A stretch of 64,000 nucleotides of DNA from Candidatus Alloscybalousia sp. (GCA_045595895.1 JAZOBJ010000035.1:25277-89276), one strand, 5' to 3'. Positions 46,994 to 57,640 are shown, counted from the first letter of the stretch. Made by a program: numbers and translations. Notes: a model not told the origin generated them from the letters alone.

Positions 46994-47722
46994 TTAACTT
47001 AATTTTCTTATTCTAATTTTATCACTATATTGTGGGTTTTTTTCGACAAAATTATCTACAACAATCGTTCTATGAACATCTGTATCTTCATCACGTAATG
47101 ATATTCTCGGAACAAGATTAACTTTCCATCCATTTTCAAAATAATTTGTAAAAATATTCAGATCTAAAGATGAAGTTGTTATAGCTCTTTTTTCTTTAGC
47201 CTCAACTTTATGAAAACCACAATATCTAACTAATATATCATTTATATCATCTTTAGATAAACTAATTATTCTGTCTAAATCAGCCTTTTTATCTTTTGAA
47301 TTATTTTCTAAATTGATAAATTTTTTCAAGAAGATTATTTTTGATGATATAATGCCAATTACTAATTTAATTATTAAGGGGTCTGTCAAATCACAAAAAT
47401 CTAAATGAACATATTTTTGTACATCATTTCTTGTAATAGTGTTGGTTTCGACTATTCTTTTATAAGTTTCCTGCTCATCTAGTAATATTTTTTCTAATGT
47501 TATAGAGTCTGTTCCACCATTAAATTGGTATTTTGCCAGGCTATAAATATACATTAGATTTTCTTCTTTATGTCCTCTTTCACCAAAACTGTTAAATAAC
47601 AGCCCTTTTGAATTAATATAAAAACTGTTCGGGATTATATAATTCTTTTTGACTCCATCACCAAATGGAAGATATATTTCTCTGCTATTAGTCTTATCTA
47701 ATTCACTATAATATTCAAGCAT
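46994..47722 (-). CDS. Hypothetical protein (242 aa)
   Basis: ORF only. Confidence 0.35.
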   Translation of the reverse strand: MLEYYSELDKTNSREIYLPFGDGVKKNYIIPNSFYINSKGLLFNSFGERGHKEENLMYIYSLAKYQFNGGTDSITLEKILLDEQETYKRIVETNTITRNDVQKYVHLDFCDLTDPLIIKLVIGIISSKIIFLKKFINLENNSKDKKADLDRIISLSKDDINDILVRYCGFHKVEAKEKRAITTSSLDLNIFTNYFENGWKVNLVPRISLRDEDTDVHRTIVVDNFVEKNPQYSDKIRIRKLS

Positions 47723-47836
47723 ATTTATTTCTCCTTTTCGGTATTTTTATTATAGCATAAAAAGATAGATTTTGTATTAATCTATCTATATTTTCATTAT
47801 TAATATTATATATTATACGCCAGTTATTTTACTAAG

Positions 47837-50320
47837 TTATATTTTTCTCTTCATTTTAAATATATAAAATATGATTATTCCAATTATTATTACTACTGTT
47901 CCTATACCTATATAAATGTTTGTGTTTAATTTTGTAGGTTTAGGGGATGGTATTGTTTCTATATCATCTATATCTTTAGATATTATTTCTACATCAAATG
48001 TCGTCATATGATTTTCATATTCTACTGTTATTGTATTTATACCAAGTTTACTATTATCAAAACCTGTTACTTTTACTTCCTCGCTTGTCATATCTATAAT
48101 TTCTATTGATTTGTCATCATAAGTTATAGTAATTTCGCCGCCTGTTAAATCTAATAATTCTTCATTCTGTATATATTGTTTCTTAGTTGGATTTGTAATG
48201 CTGATATCCGTTATTTTTGCAACAACAGGTCTTAATATTACGTAGTAATCCTTGTCATATAGAGTTTGATAATTGATAAATTCTAACACACTTTTATCAA
48301 AACCTGGTTTATCATAAGCATCATATAAGAAATACTTATAATCACATGTAGTACCCGTTGCAATTTTTAAACTCTTTTCACATGTAGTTTTAGATGCATG
48401 TCTTGCATATTCTTGTTCATAGTAATCCGCCACAAATTCATTTCTCAAATTTTTAATACCACTATCTTTATCATATACGCCATTAGCACCTACAAATTTG
48501 CCATCAACATATATGTATGCATATATGCCCTCCTCATTTGTTTTCTTAGGGATTACTTTATTACCAGTTCCTGTTTGATCTGTTATATAATATATTAAAA
48601 CGTCTCCGTTTTTAAAATCATTGGGATTTATTGTTTTAGCACGTATTTGATCCTCTACAAAACGTGGAAGATAATATAAGTCTTTATTTTTATCTTTAGA
48701 ATATTTATTAACTAAACCACTATAGTAATTATTTAATATCATTTTTGAGAAATATGTTTTATTTTCTTTAATTTGTATTGTTGATTTTACTTTTGGATCA
48801 GAACCTGTAACTTTTTCTAACAGCTCACTGAACATAAAATCATCTTTAAATGATATTTTATATTTATTACCATAAGCACATTCATAAACAGCGTCTATTA
48901 GTGCCAAACCTTTAAAATTGTTTTTATTTGTTTCATAACAAGAAGTAAATGATATTTTCGGTTCTGGATTTTTCGTTATTATTGAATTTTCTACGGTACC
49001 TGTTGTTAAATAAATATTCTTGTTTTTAGTTGAATAAAATTTACCTGTTGAAACCACTTTTTTGTTTAGATTTTTTGCATCATCCTTTACTTTTACAGTA
49101 TACTTTAATGTTTTTGTAGCATTATTAGCTAAAGAAGGTATTTGCCAAACTATTTTATTCGTACCGCTCTTATAATTACCGTCTGAAGATACATATTCTA
49201 CCATACTTGTTAACTGTTCTTCGATAGCAAAAGTAGGATAACTAATTTGATTGTAAGCAACGCCACTTTTATTTGTAATTTTTATTGTATATGTTAATTC
49301 ATCATCAAAATTAACACTATTATTATCACCTTTATCAACTGTTTTTTCTATTAATAAACCTGGATATTTTGTTCTTAGAAGTGCCTTTGAGTATTGTTCT
49401 TTATCAATTGGATAATTAAATATGGCATTGCCTTTTTCATTTTCATAGAATGGTCTGATTACAGCACATTCATGTTTTTGACAACTTAAATTACCATTAG
49501 AATTAACGAAATTATTCATTTGACTAAACCATACGAATTGAACTGAACCTTCTTCTGATACATCTAATACACCATTATTACCGTATGGACTTTTAAAAAA
49601 ATTATATGATAACCTAGAAGTTCCATCTATTCTGGTAGAAATATATTCATCTGCAGTGGAATTTAAAATTATGGCATCCTTTTTGCCTGTATTTGGATTT
49701 ATAGCTATATCGTATACAATTAACGCATGTCCAGTATATACAACCAAATCTCCTGGTCTCATATTATTTATTAAGGTTTCTAAATCACCTTTTGCTTCAT
49801 TAACGTCATTATCACCATATACATATTTAATTTTAGTGGTTTTATTATTGGTATTACTAATTTTACAATTATCATTATGGCTACCTATAAAGGCATGTTG
49901 ATAGTAAAGTAAAAAAGTCCCGTCTCCTTTGACCATTTCATCATTTTTTCTAATTTTATTTTTATAATAATCATATGCTTGTTCTGAAATATTATAATTA
50001 TATCTTGGAAATTTATCATAGGATGACTTAGAATCATATTTTATTCCAAAAGCCTGATTATGAACACTATAAGTATAAGCTGCACACACTGAATATGTGA
50101 TATCTTGAGAAGTAGCTTCTTCTGGTGAATTTATTGGGTAATTTACTTTTGAGTAATTATATTGAATATTTCTACCTCTTATATAGTAAGATTTCATGAC
50201 TTCTTTAACTATTTTTTGTGCTGTTTCATAATCGCCATATTCTTGTTTTATAAAATCTGCTGATACTATAGTTGGACTTAATATAATTAATAAAATAATT
50301 AATTTAAAAATTTTTTTCAT
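47837..50320 (-). CDS. Large secreted, C-terminally membrane-anchored surface protein with an NlpC/P60- or CHAP-like papain-fold domain plus DUF11/Ig-like repeats
   Basis: Signal peptide MKKIFKLIILLIILSPTIVSA (the track ORF starts 7 codons earlier). Candidate Cys (DITYSVCAAYTY) and His (PGDLVVYTGHALIVYDI). DUF11-like block (LTYTIKITNKSGVAYN...). C-terminal TM IYIGIGTVVIIIGIIIFYIF plus KMKRKI. Confidence 0.45.
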   Translation of the reverse strand: MKKIFKLIILLIILSPTIVSADFIKQEYGDYETAQKIVKEVMKSYYIRGRNIQYNYSKVNYPINSPEEATSQDITYSVCAAYTYSVHNQAFGIKYDSKSSYDKFPRYNYNISEQAYDYYKNKIRKNDEMVKGDGTFLLYYQHAFIGSHNDNCKISNTNNKTTKIKYVYGDNDVNEAKGDLETLINNMRPGDLVVYTGHALIVYDIAINPNTGKKDAIILNSTADEYISTRIDGTSRLSYNFFKSPYGNNGVLDVSEEGSVQFVWFSQMNNFVNSNGNLSCQKHECAVIRPFYENEKGNAIFNYPIDKEQYSKALLRTKYPGLLIEKTVDKGDNNSVNFDDELTYTIKITNKSGVAYNQISYPTFAIEEQLTSMVEYVSSDGNYKSGTNKIVWQIPSLANNATKTLKYTVKVKDDAKNLNKKVVSTGKFYSTKNKNIYLTTGTVENSIITKNPEPKISFTSCYETNKNNFKGLALIDAVYECAYGNKYKISFKDDFMFSELLEKVTGSDPKVKSTIQIKENKTYFSKMILNNYYSGLVNKYSKDKNKDLYYLPRFVEDQIRAKTINPNDFKNGDVLIYYITDQTGTGNKVIPKKTNEEGIYAYIYVDGKFVGANGVYDKDSGIKNLRNEFVADYYEQEYARHASKTTCEKSLKIATGTTCDYKYFLYDAYDKPGFDKSVLEFINYQTLYDKDYYVILRPVVAKITDISITNPTKKQYIQNEELLDLTGGEITITYDDKSIEIIDMTSEEVKVTGFDNSKLGINTITVEYENHMTTFDVEIISKDIDDIETIPSPKPTKLNTNIYIGIGTVVIIIGIIIFYIFKMKRKI

Positions 50321-50467
50321 ATATATTTCTCCTATCCACATCTTAAATTTTACTTAATACTACTTGATTTATGTTATTGTTATATCTATTCAATTATAAC
50401 ACAAAAGAGTAGATTTTTCATCTACTCTTTAAAACAATTAACTGTTTATATTTAATATAATTGCTTA

Positions 50468-51367
50468 TTATTCATTGTACATTTTTCCATTGGAATCTTT
50501 TTGAATTTCAAATCCATATTCAAAAATATATGACATGCTAAATATAATTAAAATTTCAAGTATACTTATAAGTTCAAATCCACTACTACCTTCTGATAAA
50601 CCTAACATTAGATTAAATGATATATCAGATAGAGGACTAATTATAATCAATGCAATCATTAGATATGAGATCTTTTTTATATAATTTACATTAACCAAGG
50701 TAAATGGTGTATTATTATTTTTTATATTTTCGAATAGTTTTTCTACACATCCTAGTATTATTATTATAATTATCAAATCTATTAATAGAAATACTAAACC
50801 TGCTTCTAAGTATCCTATTATTTCATATTTTGAATTATTATTAAATACGTTAACTATCATCTCTTTATCTACATTATCTTCTAAATCTAATAATACTATT
50901 CCATATAATTGTATTTTATCTTTATCTACTACTTTTATATTATCTGACTTAAATGATATATTATTATCTTCTACTTGGATGTTATTTACAAGATATGGTG
51001 TTAATATCATAGCTATTATTACAAATGGTATAGCTACTTTTAATACTATTCCTCCTATTTTACCTATTAATCTGATTACATTACTTAATGTCTTAACTTG
51101 ATTTTGTTTTTCTTCGTTAAACTTAACAACATTCATAACTATTTCCTCATCTAATGAAGCAATATCACTCATATCATCATGAACAAGATCATTTATCTTA
51201 CAATCAAATATTTTACATAATTCTAAAATATTATTCATTTCAGGATAAGCTTCACCTGTTTCCCATTTTGATACTGATTGTCTTGAAACATTAACTTTTT
51301 CTGCTAATTGTTCTTGTGACATTTTTTTACTTTTTCTTATTTTTTTTAAGTTATCTCCAAACTTCAT
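50468..51367 (-). CDS. Membrane-bound XRE-family HTH regulator (N-terminal HTH plus multi-TM C-terminal domain)
   Basis: LKKIRKSKKMSQEQLAEKVNVSRQSVSKWETGEAYPEMNNILELCKIF, then 4-5 hydrophobic helices. Confidence 0.65.
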   Translation of the reverse strand: MKFGDNLKKIRKSKKMSQEQLAEKVNVSRQSVSKWETGEAYPEMNNILELCKIFDCKINDLVHDDMSDIASLDEEIVMNVVKFNEEKQNQVKTLSNVIRLIGKIGGIVLKVAIPFVIIAMILTPYLVNNIQVEDNNISFKSDNIKVVDKDKIQLYGIVLLDLEDNVDKEMIVNVFNNNSKYEIIGYLEAGLVFLLIDLIIIIIILGCVEKLFENIKNNNTPFTLVNVNYIKKISYLMIALIIISPLSDISFNLMLGLSEGSSGFELISILEILIIFSMSYIFEYGFEIQKDSNGKMYNE

Positions 51368-51472
51368 TAAAACTTTCTCCTTTCATGCATTAAGTTTATC
51401 TTGTTTTCTTTACTTTTAATATCAATTTTAAGTTGCACTTTAATAACGCAACTAGAAATTGTCAATTGTTCT

Positions 51473-51985
51473 TTATATTAAAATAAATTCATATCCAACT
51501 TCTGGATATTCTTGACCACCGAAGTTAATATTATGTTCGCCTTTTATTACTCCGCCCATTCTTTCGTAAAATTTTTTTGATGGGTAATTTTCTTTTAAAC
51601 ACCAAATTATCATTTTCTTTTTATTTTTTTGTTTGAATTCGTTTACTATGTAATTAAACATCATTTTTCCAATACCTTTATGTTTTTTATCTAATCTAAC
51701 ATATAAAGCAATTATTTCACAATCAATATCATCATATTCAGGTGTGAATTGATTAGTATCAACATATCTAGAAAATCCTACTATTTCATTGTTTTCTATT
51801 GCGACAATGAAACCACCTTTTTGGTAATCTTTTTTTCTTCTTTCAGTTATTTCATCAATATTCATTGAATCTAAAAAACTATTATCAATAATATTTTTAT
51901 ATGTATCCTGCCAACTAGTTACTTGAATTTTAACTACTTCTTTCAGATCTTTTTCTTCAACGTTTCTGATTGATATATTTCCCAT
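51473..51985 (-). CDS. GNAT-family N-acetyltransferase
   Basis: ALYVRLDKKHKGIGKMMFNYIVNEF (motif A) and FYERMGG. Confidence 0.7.
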   Translation of the reverse strand: MGNISIRNVEEKDLKEVVKIQVTSWQDTYKNIIDNSFLDSMNIDEITERRKKDYQKGGFIVAIENNEIVGFSRYVDTNQFTPEYDDIDCEIIALYVRLDKKHKGIGKMMFNYIVNEFKQKNKKKMIIWCLKENYPSKKFYERMGGVIKGEHNINFGGQEYPEVGYEFILI

Positions 51986-51996
51986 ATATTCACCTT

Positions 51997-52632
51997 TTAT
52001 TTAAAACTAATATATTTAAACCCTAATTCCTTATAAATATCCGATGCTCTTGGTAAAGATAGGATTCTTGCGAATATTAAGTTATATAATTCATCTATTA
52101 AAAAAATAGCACATAGTGTAAAAGATATTGTTAAGAATGTTTTTTTAGGAAGTTTTTTAGCTAAATTGAAGCAAACTGGTACTATTAAATATATTAGTAA
52201 TAAGCTAGATATTCCAAAAAACATTACACTTCTTAAGCATACAAAACCACCAATATTACCAAAGTTTAATATTTCAGTATTATAATTCCAGCATCTAAAA
52301 CCATCACCGATAATGTACATTCCATATCCACCAATAAGTTCTATAATTCCACTTGAAATAAATCCTATTAAAAATACTTTCAATGGTTTTTTTCTGTGTT
52401 TATAAGATAATAGGTATATAACTACAGCACCTATCGCGTAAATGTTAATCCAAGGTAAGAAATTACCTCCACGCCAGTAGAAATGTTCCATTCCTTCATT
52501 GAAATAATAAAATATTAATTCATATACAAAACCAAATATTCCAGAAATAACTATTATTAAACTTATTATTCCTAACATCGTTAACTTATCAAATGAATTT
52601 TTTTTATTTAGATATTCTTTATACTTCTTCAT
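51997..52632 (-). CDS. Hypothetical integral membrane protein (about 5 TM)
   Basis: Hydrophobic helices throughout; no motif. Confidence 0.4.
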   Translation of the reverse strand: MKKYKEYLNKKNSFDKLTMLGIISLIIVISGIFGFVYELIFYYFNEGMEHFYWRGGNFLPWINIYAIGAVVIYLLSYKHRKKPLKVFLIGFISSGIIELIGGYGMYIIGDGFRCWNYNTEILNFGNIGGFVCLRSVMFFGISSLLLIYLIVPVCFNLAKKLPKKTFLTISFTLCAIFLIDELYNLIFARILSLPRASDIYKELGFKYISFK

Positions 52633-52661
52633 AAGTTTACTTCCCTTTTTATTCTTTATAA

Positions 52662-53063
52662 TTATTTAAGCGTTTTTATCATTTGCTTGTTTCTTCTCTT
52701 AATTAGTTGTCCGTCTTTTAATTCTAATCCTAATGTTTCTAGCGCATTATCCATTTGTGATGCGATAACTATATCTAGTGGTAAACAACCAATATGGTAC
52801 TGTTCTGCTTTTTTTAAGTCAGCATTAGGATCAATCACTAGATATACCTTGCCAGTTTCATCTGTTGCATGAAAATATATTCTAGACTCTTCATTATAGA
52901 ATAATAATATTTCTATTTCACTATTCATTATGTCTAAGTTTTCATTTATCACTTTATCAAATTCAACTGTTTTATCATAAGATATCATTTTATTACCTAG
53001 CGCCCTATTTGTGTATATTAAAGCCATACTTGCGATATCTTCAAATTTTGTTCTTGTTCCCAT
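52662..53063 (-). CDS. Hypothetical protein (about 133 aa)
   Basis: ORF only; start trimmed to MGTRTKF to reduce overlap with lepB. Confidence 0.3.
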   Translation of the reverse strand: MGTRTKFEDIASMALIYTNRALGNKMISYDKTVEFDKVINENLDIMNSEIEILLFYNEESRIYFHATDETGKVYLVIDPNADLKKAEQYHIGCLPLDIVIASQMDNALETLGLELKDGQLIKRRNKQMIKTLK

Positions 53064-53073
53064 GTGTCCTCCT

Positions 53074-53571
53074 TTATTTACTTCCAAATCTATTAAATGG
53101 ATAAATTATATATGTTGCGTGCCCTAAAATTTTATTTTTAGCAAATGGTCCTAGTTCTTCACTATCTAGTGAATCTCCTCTATTATCACCAAGTACAAAG
53201 TACATTTCTTCTGGTATTTCTTGTAGTTGGATATCATTGGTTTCTGTACTAGGATATGGATCTTCCATTTCTTTTCCATTTATATATAAAATATTATCTT
53301 TATATTGTATTGTTTCACCTGGAAGACCAATAACTCTTTTTATTATTTTACCTCTTTCTGTTTGAATAACAACAATATCAAATCTCTTTATTCCATTTAG
53401 TCTCATTCCCAGTTTATCTAGAATCATAATGTCATTTTCATGAAGCGTTGTCATCATACTTTCACCATTAACGATAACTGGTGTGAAAATAAATTTCTTT
53501 ACTAAAAGTACTACTATTATGATAATTATATAAGGTATTAATTCTTTTACTGTCTTTTTTAGCTTTTCCAT
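53074..53571 (-). CDS. lepB: Signal peptidase I (P-type, SipS/LepB-like)
   Basis: Boxes B (VNGESMMTTL), D (IKRVIGLPGETI) and E (FVLGDNRGDSLDSE). Confidence 0.85.
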   Translation of the reverse strand: MEKLKKTVKELIPYIIIIIVVLLVKKFIFTPVIVNGESMMTTLHENDIMILDKLGMRLNGIKRFDIVVIQTERGKIIKRVIGLPGETIQYKDNILYINGKEMEDPYPSTETNDIQLQEIPEEMYFVLGDNRGDSLDSEELGPFAKNKILGHATYIIYPFNRFGSK

Positions 53572-53669
53572 ATATTCCTCATTTACTTTCTATATTAAAT
53601 TATACCTTGTTTTAATAGATTTTAATAGTGTTTTTTTATTTTTACAAAAGAAAAAATAAGGCGTTAACC

Positions 53670-54017
53670 TTATTTATCTCTTCTTTCTTTAATTCTGTAT
53701 CCACCAACTAATCCTTTTAAGAAGTTTAATTTAGCACGTCTAACTTTACCCTTCTTAACAACAGTGATTCCAGCAAGTTTTGGTGAATGTACTGGGAATA
53801 TTCTTTCTACACCCACACCAGCAGACATTTTTCTTACTGTAAATGTTTCAGAAACTCCTCCACTTTTACGAGAAACTACGATTCCTTCAAAAGCTTGAAT
53901 TCTTTCTTTGTTTCCTTCAATAATTTTAACATCTACTCTAACAGTATCACCAACACGGAATTCAGGAACGTTAGGGTTTAGTTGTTTAGCAGTAATTTTA
54001 TCAATTACATTTGCCAT
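53670..54017 (-). CDS. rplS: 50S ribosomal protein L19
   Basis: Start at MANVIDKI (AAAGGAGAG 7 nt upstream). [16 protein letters not shown]...RAKLNFLKG. Confidence 0.9.
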   Translation of the reverse strand: MANVIDKITAKQLNPNVPEFRVGDTVRVDVKIIEGNKERIQAFEGIVVSRKSGGVSETFTVRKMSAGVGVERIFPVHSPKLAGITVVKKGKVRRAKLNFLKGLVGGYRIKERRDK

Positions 54018-54088
54018 ACGATATCTCTCCTTTCTGTTTTTTACAGTAATCATATCAAACTAGTAACAGCGGATTACTAACGAGTTAA

Positions 54089-54117
54089 ATTATAGCATAT
54101 ATTTTTTTAATATGCAA
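54089..54117 (-). promoter_or_regulatory. Sigma-A-type promoter TTGCAT-17-TATAAT for rplS, followed by a short hairpin leader
   Basis: Reverse strand reads TTGCATattaaaaaaatatatgcTATAAT, then TAGTAA-tccgctg-TTACTA hairpin before the RBS. Confidence 0.55.
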
Positions 54118-54124
54118 ATATTTT

Positions 54125-54586
54125 TTATCTAGATTTACCTTCCATACTATTTGAGTATTCATTTTCATAATTTTGTTCTAAATAATATAATCTTATTTTA
54201 AGTTCATGTTCTAAGATACCTAATTTCTTTTCAGTTAGTTCGAACTGTTCTTGTTCTAAATGTTTTTTATATTTAGTTAATAGTTCTAATCTAAGTTTAC
54301 TAATTTCATTTAAACCTTCACGGTATGCAGTACCAGTTTCATCATCAGATTCAAAGATAACATTTAATAACTGTAAAAGTTTACGAAATTTAATATCTAC
54401 TTTTTTACTAGCGACTTTGTTTGCTAGAGATGGGTTAATAATTACTACTTTATTTACATTAATAGCATCTTCAATCTTAACACCTTTTTTAGGTGATAAA
54501 TCGTATCCTTCCATTTTATCGTACTCAAAATATGTAATTGTTTTATCATTTTTACTTTTTACAATCAAATATTTTTTATCTAACAT
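54125..54586 (-). CDS. Hypothetical protein (153 aa) inserted between trmD and rplS
   Basis: ORF only; C-terminal coiled-coil-like region. Confidence 0.4.
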   Translation of the reverse strand: MLDKKYLIVKSKNDKTITYFEYDKMEGYDLSPKKGVKIEDAINVNKVVIINPSLANKVASKKVDIKFRKLLQLLNVIFESDDETGTAYREGLNEISKLRLELLTKYKKHLEQEQFELTEKKLGILEHELKIRLYYLEQNYENEYSNSMEGKSR

Positions 54587-54599
54587 GATATTCCCACCT

Positions 54600-55265
54600 T
54601 TACTTGTTTAATAAATCTGGTCTTCTTTCTTTAGTTCTATTATAGCGCGAACTTTGTCTAAATTCATCTATTTTTTTATGATCCCCTGATAAAAGTACAC
54701 TTGGTACTTCCATACCTCTAAAATTCTGTGGTTTGGTATAAGTTTCATAATCAAGTAAATTATCATTAAAACTATCTACTAAATGACTTTCTTCTTCAAT
54801 AACACCTGGTACTAGTCTAATAATAGAATCAGCTACTACCATAGCTGGATATTCACCACCAGTTAAAACATAATCTCCAATTGAAAGTTCTAAATCAACG
54901 ATATTTCTAATTCTTTCATCAAAACCTTCATAATGACCACAAAGTAAAATTAAATGTTTTTCTTTTGATAAATCATATGCCATACTTTGTTTATAAGTTT
55001 TACCATCTGGTGTCAACATAATTACTTTAGAATCATCTGTTTTTATAGCTTCTATCGCATCATAGATTGGTTGGCACATAAGTACCATCCCACTTCCACC
55101 ACCATATGGTGTATCATCAACTTTGTTATGTGGATCAGTTGAATACTTTCTAAAATCAATTACATTTACTTGTACGATACCTTTGGTGGTAGCTCTTTTA
55201 ATAATTGATTCAGTAGTGAAATTTTCAAACATTTCTGGAAATAAAGTTAAAATATCTATTCTCAT
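54600..55265 (-). CDS. trmD: tRNA (guanine37-N1)-methyltransferase
   Basis: MRIDILTLFPEMFE...GGGSGMVLM...LLCGHYEGFDERI SPOUT signatures. Confidence 0.9.
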   Translation of the reverse strand: MRIDILTLFPEMFENFTTESIIKRATTKGIVQVNVIDFRKYSTDPHNKVDDTPYGGGSGMVLMCQPIYDAIEAIKTDDSKVIMLTPDGKTYKQSMAYDLSKEKHLILLCGHYEGFDERIRNIVDLELSIGDYVLTGGEYPAMVVADSIIRLVPGVIEEESHLVDSFNDNLLDYETYTKPQNFRGMEVPSVLLSGDHKKIDEFRQSSRYNRTKERRPDLLNK

Positions 55266-55759
55266 TCAAACATCCCCTTAATAGGTTTGATTTGTATTTT
55301 TTTATTAATTAAATCAATATTACCAATGAATTCTTTTTGATAAGGAATGAATACTTCTTTATCATTAGTTTTAATAACTAAGAATTTATTATGACCTGAA
55401 TCTCTTATATCAGTAATTATTCCTTTTTCTTCATTATCAACTAATACTTTTAAATCAATTAAATCAGTTTCTAAAAATTCACCATCTTCTAAGTGTAAGT
55501 CTTCTTTTTTTACGTAAACATAAAGACCTTTATATCTTAATACTTGATTAATATCAAAATAACCATCCATAGTAATCATGTCAAAGTTTTTATGATGTCG
55601 GTATGTATTGATTATTTCTTTTTCTTTTTTTCTACCGATATAGATCGGCATACCTTTTATAAAAACTTTATCTTTTTTTTCAAAATCAGATATAATTCTA
55701 ATTTCACCTTTAATACCATGAGTATTAACAATTTTACCAATATAAATAAAATCTTCCAT
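55262..55759 (-). CDS. rimM: 16S rRNA processing protein RimM
   Basis: IGKIVNTHGIKGEIRI N-terminus and C-terminal PRC barrel; overlaps trmD by 4 nt. Confidence 0.85.
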   Translation of the reverse strand: MEDFIYIGKIVNTHGIKGEIRIISDFEKKDKVFIKGMPIYIGRKKEKEIINTYRHHKNFDMITMDGYFDINQVLRYKGLYVYVKKEDLHLEDGEFLETDLIDLKVLVDNEEKGIITDIRDSGHNKFLVIKTNDKEVFIPYQKEFIGNIDLINKKIQIKPIKGMFE

Positions 55760-56499
55760 TAGTCCCTCCTAGAAAGTTCATATAACAATATACTTGCCGC
55801 AATCGCTACATTTAAACTTTCAACATCACTGTTTAATTCAATATAAATATATTTATCACATAGTGCTAGTATTTCAGGATTTACCCCTCTTCCTTCATTT
55901 CCCATGATAAGAGCAAATTTTTCTTTATCTCTTGGTGTTAGAGTTCTTATGTCTTCACCAAACTCAACTTTAGTTCCTAATACTGGTATTTCTTTTTCTT
56001 TTAATTCGGTAATCAAATCATTTAGGTTTCTAGATACAATATTCATATGAAAACCTATACCTTGTGTTGAACGAATTACTTTATCATTATATACATCAAC
56101 ACAACCATCTCCTAAAACAACGGTATCTATACCAAAAGCCTTACTACTTCTAATAATAGTTCCTAAATTGCCTGGATCTTGAACTCTATCTAGTAATAAT
56201 AATCTATTACCTAAATCATTATTTTCTTCTTTCTTTTTACATAATCCGATGATGTGAGTTGGTGTTTCTAATTGTGATACCTTAGCTAGTATTTCTTTAG
56301 TTACATATGTTACATCTAACGGTAAAAGTGTTACTTCATCCTCTTCAATAAAAATTTCTTCTAATAGTCCGCTACGATAAGCCTCTATTACTAAGTGTTC
56401 ACCTTCAACTATAAACTCATTATATTCATCACGGTACTTTTTTTCTTTTAACTTAATTAATTTTTTTATTTTTTCATTATCTAAACTTGTGATTAACAT
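55759..56499 (-). CDS. SpoU/TrmH-family RNA 2'-O-methyltransferase (RlmB-like)
   Basis: LLLLDRVQDPGNLGTIIRSSKAFGID...LIMGNEGRGV...SLNVAIAASILLYE. Confidence 0.75.
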   Translation of the reverse strand: MLITSLDNEKIKKLIKLKEKKYRDEYNEFIVEGEHLVIEAYRSGLLEEIFIEEDEVTLLPLDVTYVTKEILAKVSQLETPTHIIGLCKKKEENNDLGNRLLLLDRVQDPGNLGTIIRSSKAFGIDTVVLGDGCVDVYNDKVIRSTQGIGFHMNIVSRNLNDLITELKEKEIPVLGTKVEFGEDIRTLTPRDKEKFALIMGNEGRGVNPEILALCDKYIYIELNSDVESLNVAIAASILLYELSRRD

Positions 56500-56509
56500 A
56501 TTTACTCCT

Positions 56510-57148
56510 TTAATAATTCTTCATTATTTTTCTAATTTTTTTATAATTAGGATAATTTGTTTCTACTACTTCCCAAAATCTACTTGAGTGGTTCATTTCA
56601 ATAAAATGTGATAGTTCATGAACGATTACATAATCAAGACATGAAATATCTTTTTTCATTAATTCTAAGTTAAGTGTAACTCTTACTAATTTTGAATTGC
56701 ATACACCCCAACGTGAAGTCATTTTTCTAATCGTTAAAGATGGATATGGGATTTTTCTATCAAAATTATTATACCAGTAGTCTAATCTTTCTTGAAATAA
56801 TTTAGTTGCCTCTTTTTTTAGCCATTTATCAATATCTAGGTTACTTGGTATAAATATTTTTTCTTCACCAAAAATTATATCTTTATTATTAGTTCTTACT
56901 ACATCGTATTTTGTACCTAAATAGTAGAAATCTTTTTTTTGACTTTGTTTATATGCTTGCTTCTCATACATTTTAATGATAGAATCCATATTTTCATTTA
57001 TTACTTCTTTTACTTTTTTATCAGTCATAAAAAAAGATGTTGTGATATGGAGCTTTAAATCTTCTTTTACTCTTAGGTACATATTTTTGTTACCAACTTT
57101 TTTAGTTATGATAACTTCTACTTTCTCATCATTTATATTAATGTACAT
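56510..57148 (-). CDS. YgjP-like DUF45 metal-dependent hydrolase
   Basis: C-terminal YVIVHELSHFIEMNHSSRFW (HExxH...H). Confidence 0.65.
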   Translation of the reverse strand: MYININDEKVEVIITKKVGNKNMYLRVKEDLKLHITTSFFMTDKKVKEVINENMDSIIKMYEKQAYKQSQKKDFYYLGTKYDVVRTNNKDIIFGEEKIFIPSNLDIDKWLKKEATKLFQERLDYWYNNFDRKIPYPSLTIRKMTSRWGVCNSKLVRVTLNLELMKKDISCLDYVIVHELSHFIEMNHSSRFWEVVETNYPNYKKIRKIMKNY

Positions 57149-57257
57149 AAAACCACCACTTAATCTTTATTTATTTTATCATAACAAACTAAAAATTACT
57201 ATATTTTCGTATAAAAGTTACGGTTTTATACACACTAGTATTGAAAGGAGAATTATT

Positions 57258-57473
57258 ATGAATTTGGATATTAGAAGTCATATTATTAATAATTTTAAAG
57301 GCGATGATATTAAAGTTTTAAAAGATGCGATTGAAGAAAGTATTAAAAACAATGATGAAATTACTTTACCTGGAATGGGAGTCTTTTTTGAACTTGTTTG
57401 GCAAAAAGCGGATGATGAAACTAAAAATAAAATCCTTAATATTTTAGAAAGTTGTGTTAAAGGTAACGAATAA
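57258..57473 (+). CDS. sspI: Small acid-soluble spore protein SspI
   Basis: MNLDIRSHIINNFKGDD...ITLPGMGVFFELVWQKADDETKNKILNILES matches the SspI family (LPGLGVLFE...). RBS AAAGGAG. The track's longer 165-aa ORF start is not supported. Confidence 0.7.
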   Translation: MNLDIRSHIINNFKGDDIKVLKDAIEESIKNNDEITLPGMGVFFELVWQKADDETKNKILNILESCVKGNE

Positions 57474-57495
57474 TTACCTTTTTTATTTTTTTGTA

Positions 57496-57525
57496 TTGAC
57501 AATTAGTTATTAATCGTTATATAAT
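57496..57525 (+). promoter_or_regulatory. Sigma-A promoter (TTGACA ... TATATAAT) driving the tRNA
   Basis: TTGACAattagttattaatcgtTATATAAT about 25 nt upstream of tRNA position 1. Confidence 0.55.
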
Positions 57526-57550
57526 TTAAATGTTCTCGAGTTTGGTATCC

Positions 57551-57627
<77 letters not shown>

Positions 57628-57640
57628 CTTGATAATATAA

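Noticed and set aside
57149-57257. Sigma-G/sigma-F promoter upstream of sspI
   Set aside because: A GTATA...(18)...CACTAGTA arrangement is only a partial match to the GHATR / CATxHTA consensus; too weak to call without comparative data.
56976-57473. 165-aa plus-strand ORF in the track that contains sspI at its 3' end
   Set aside because: The upstream 95 codons are antisense to the DUF45 gene and lack homology. The SspI homology and the RBS begin at 57258, so only 57258-57473 is kept.
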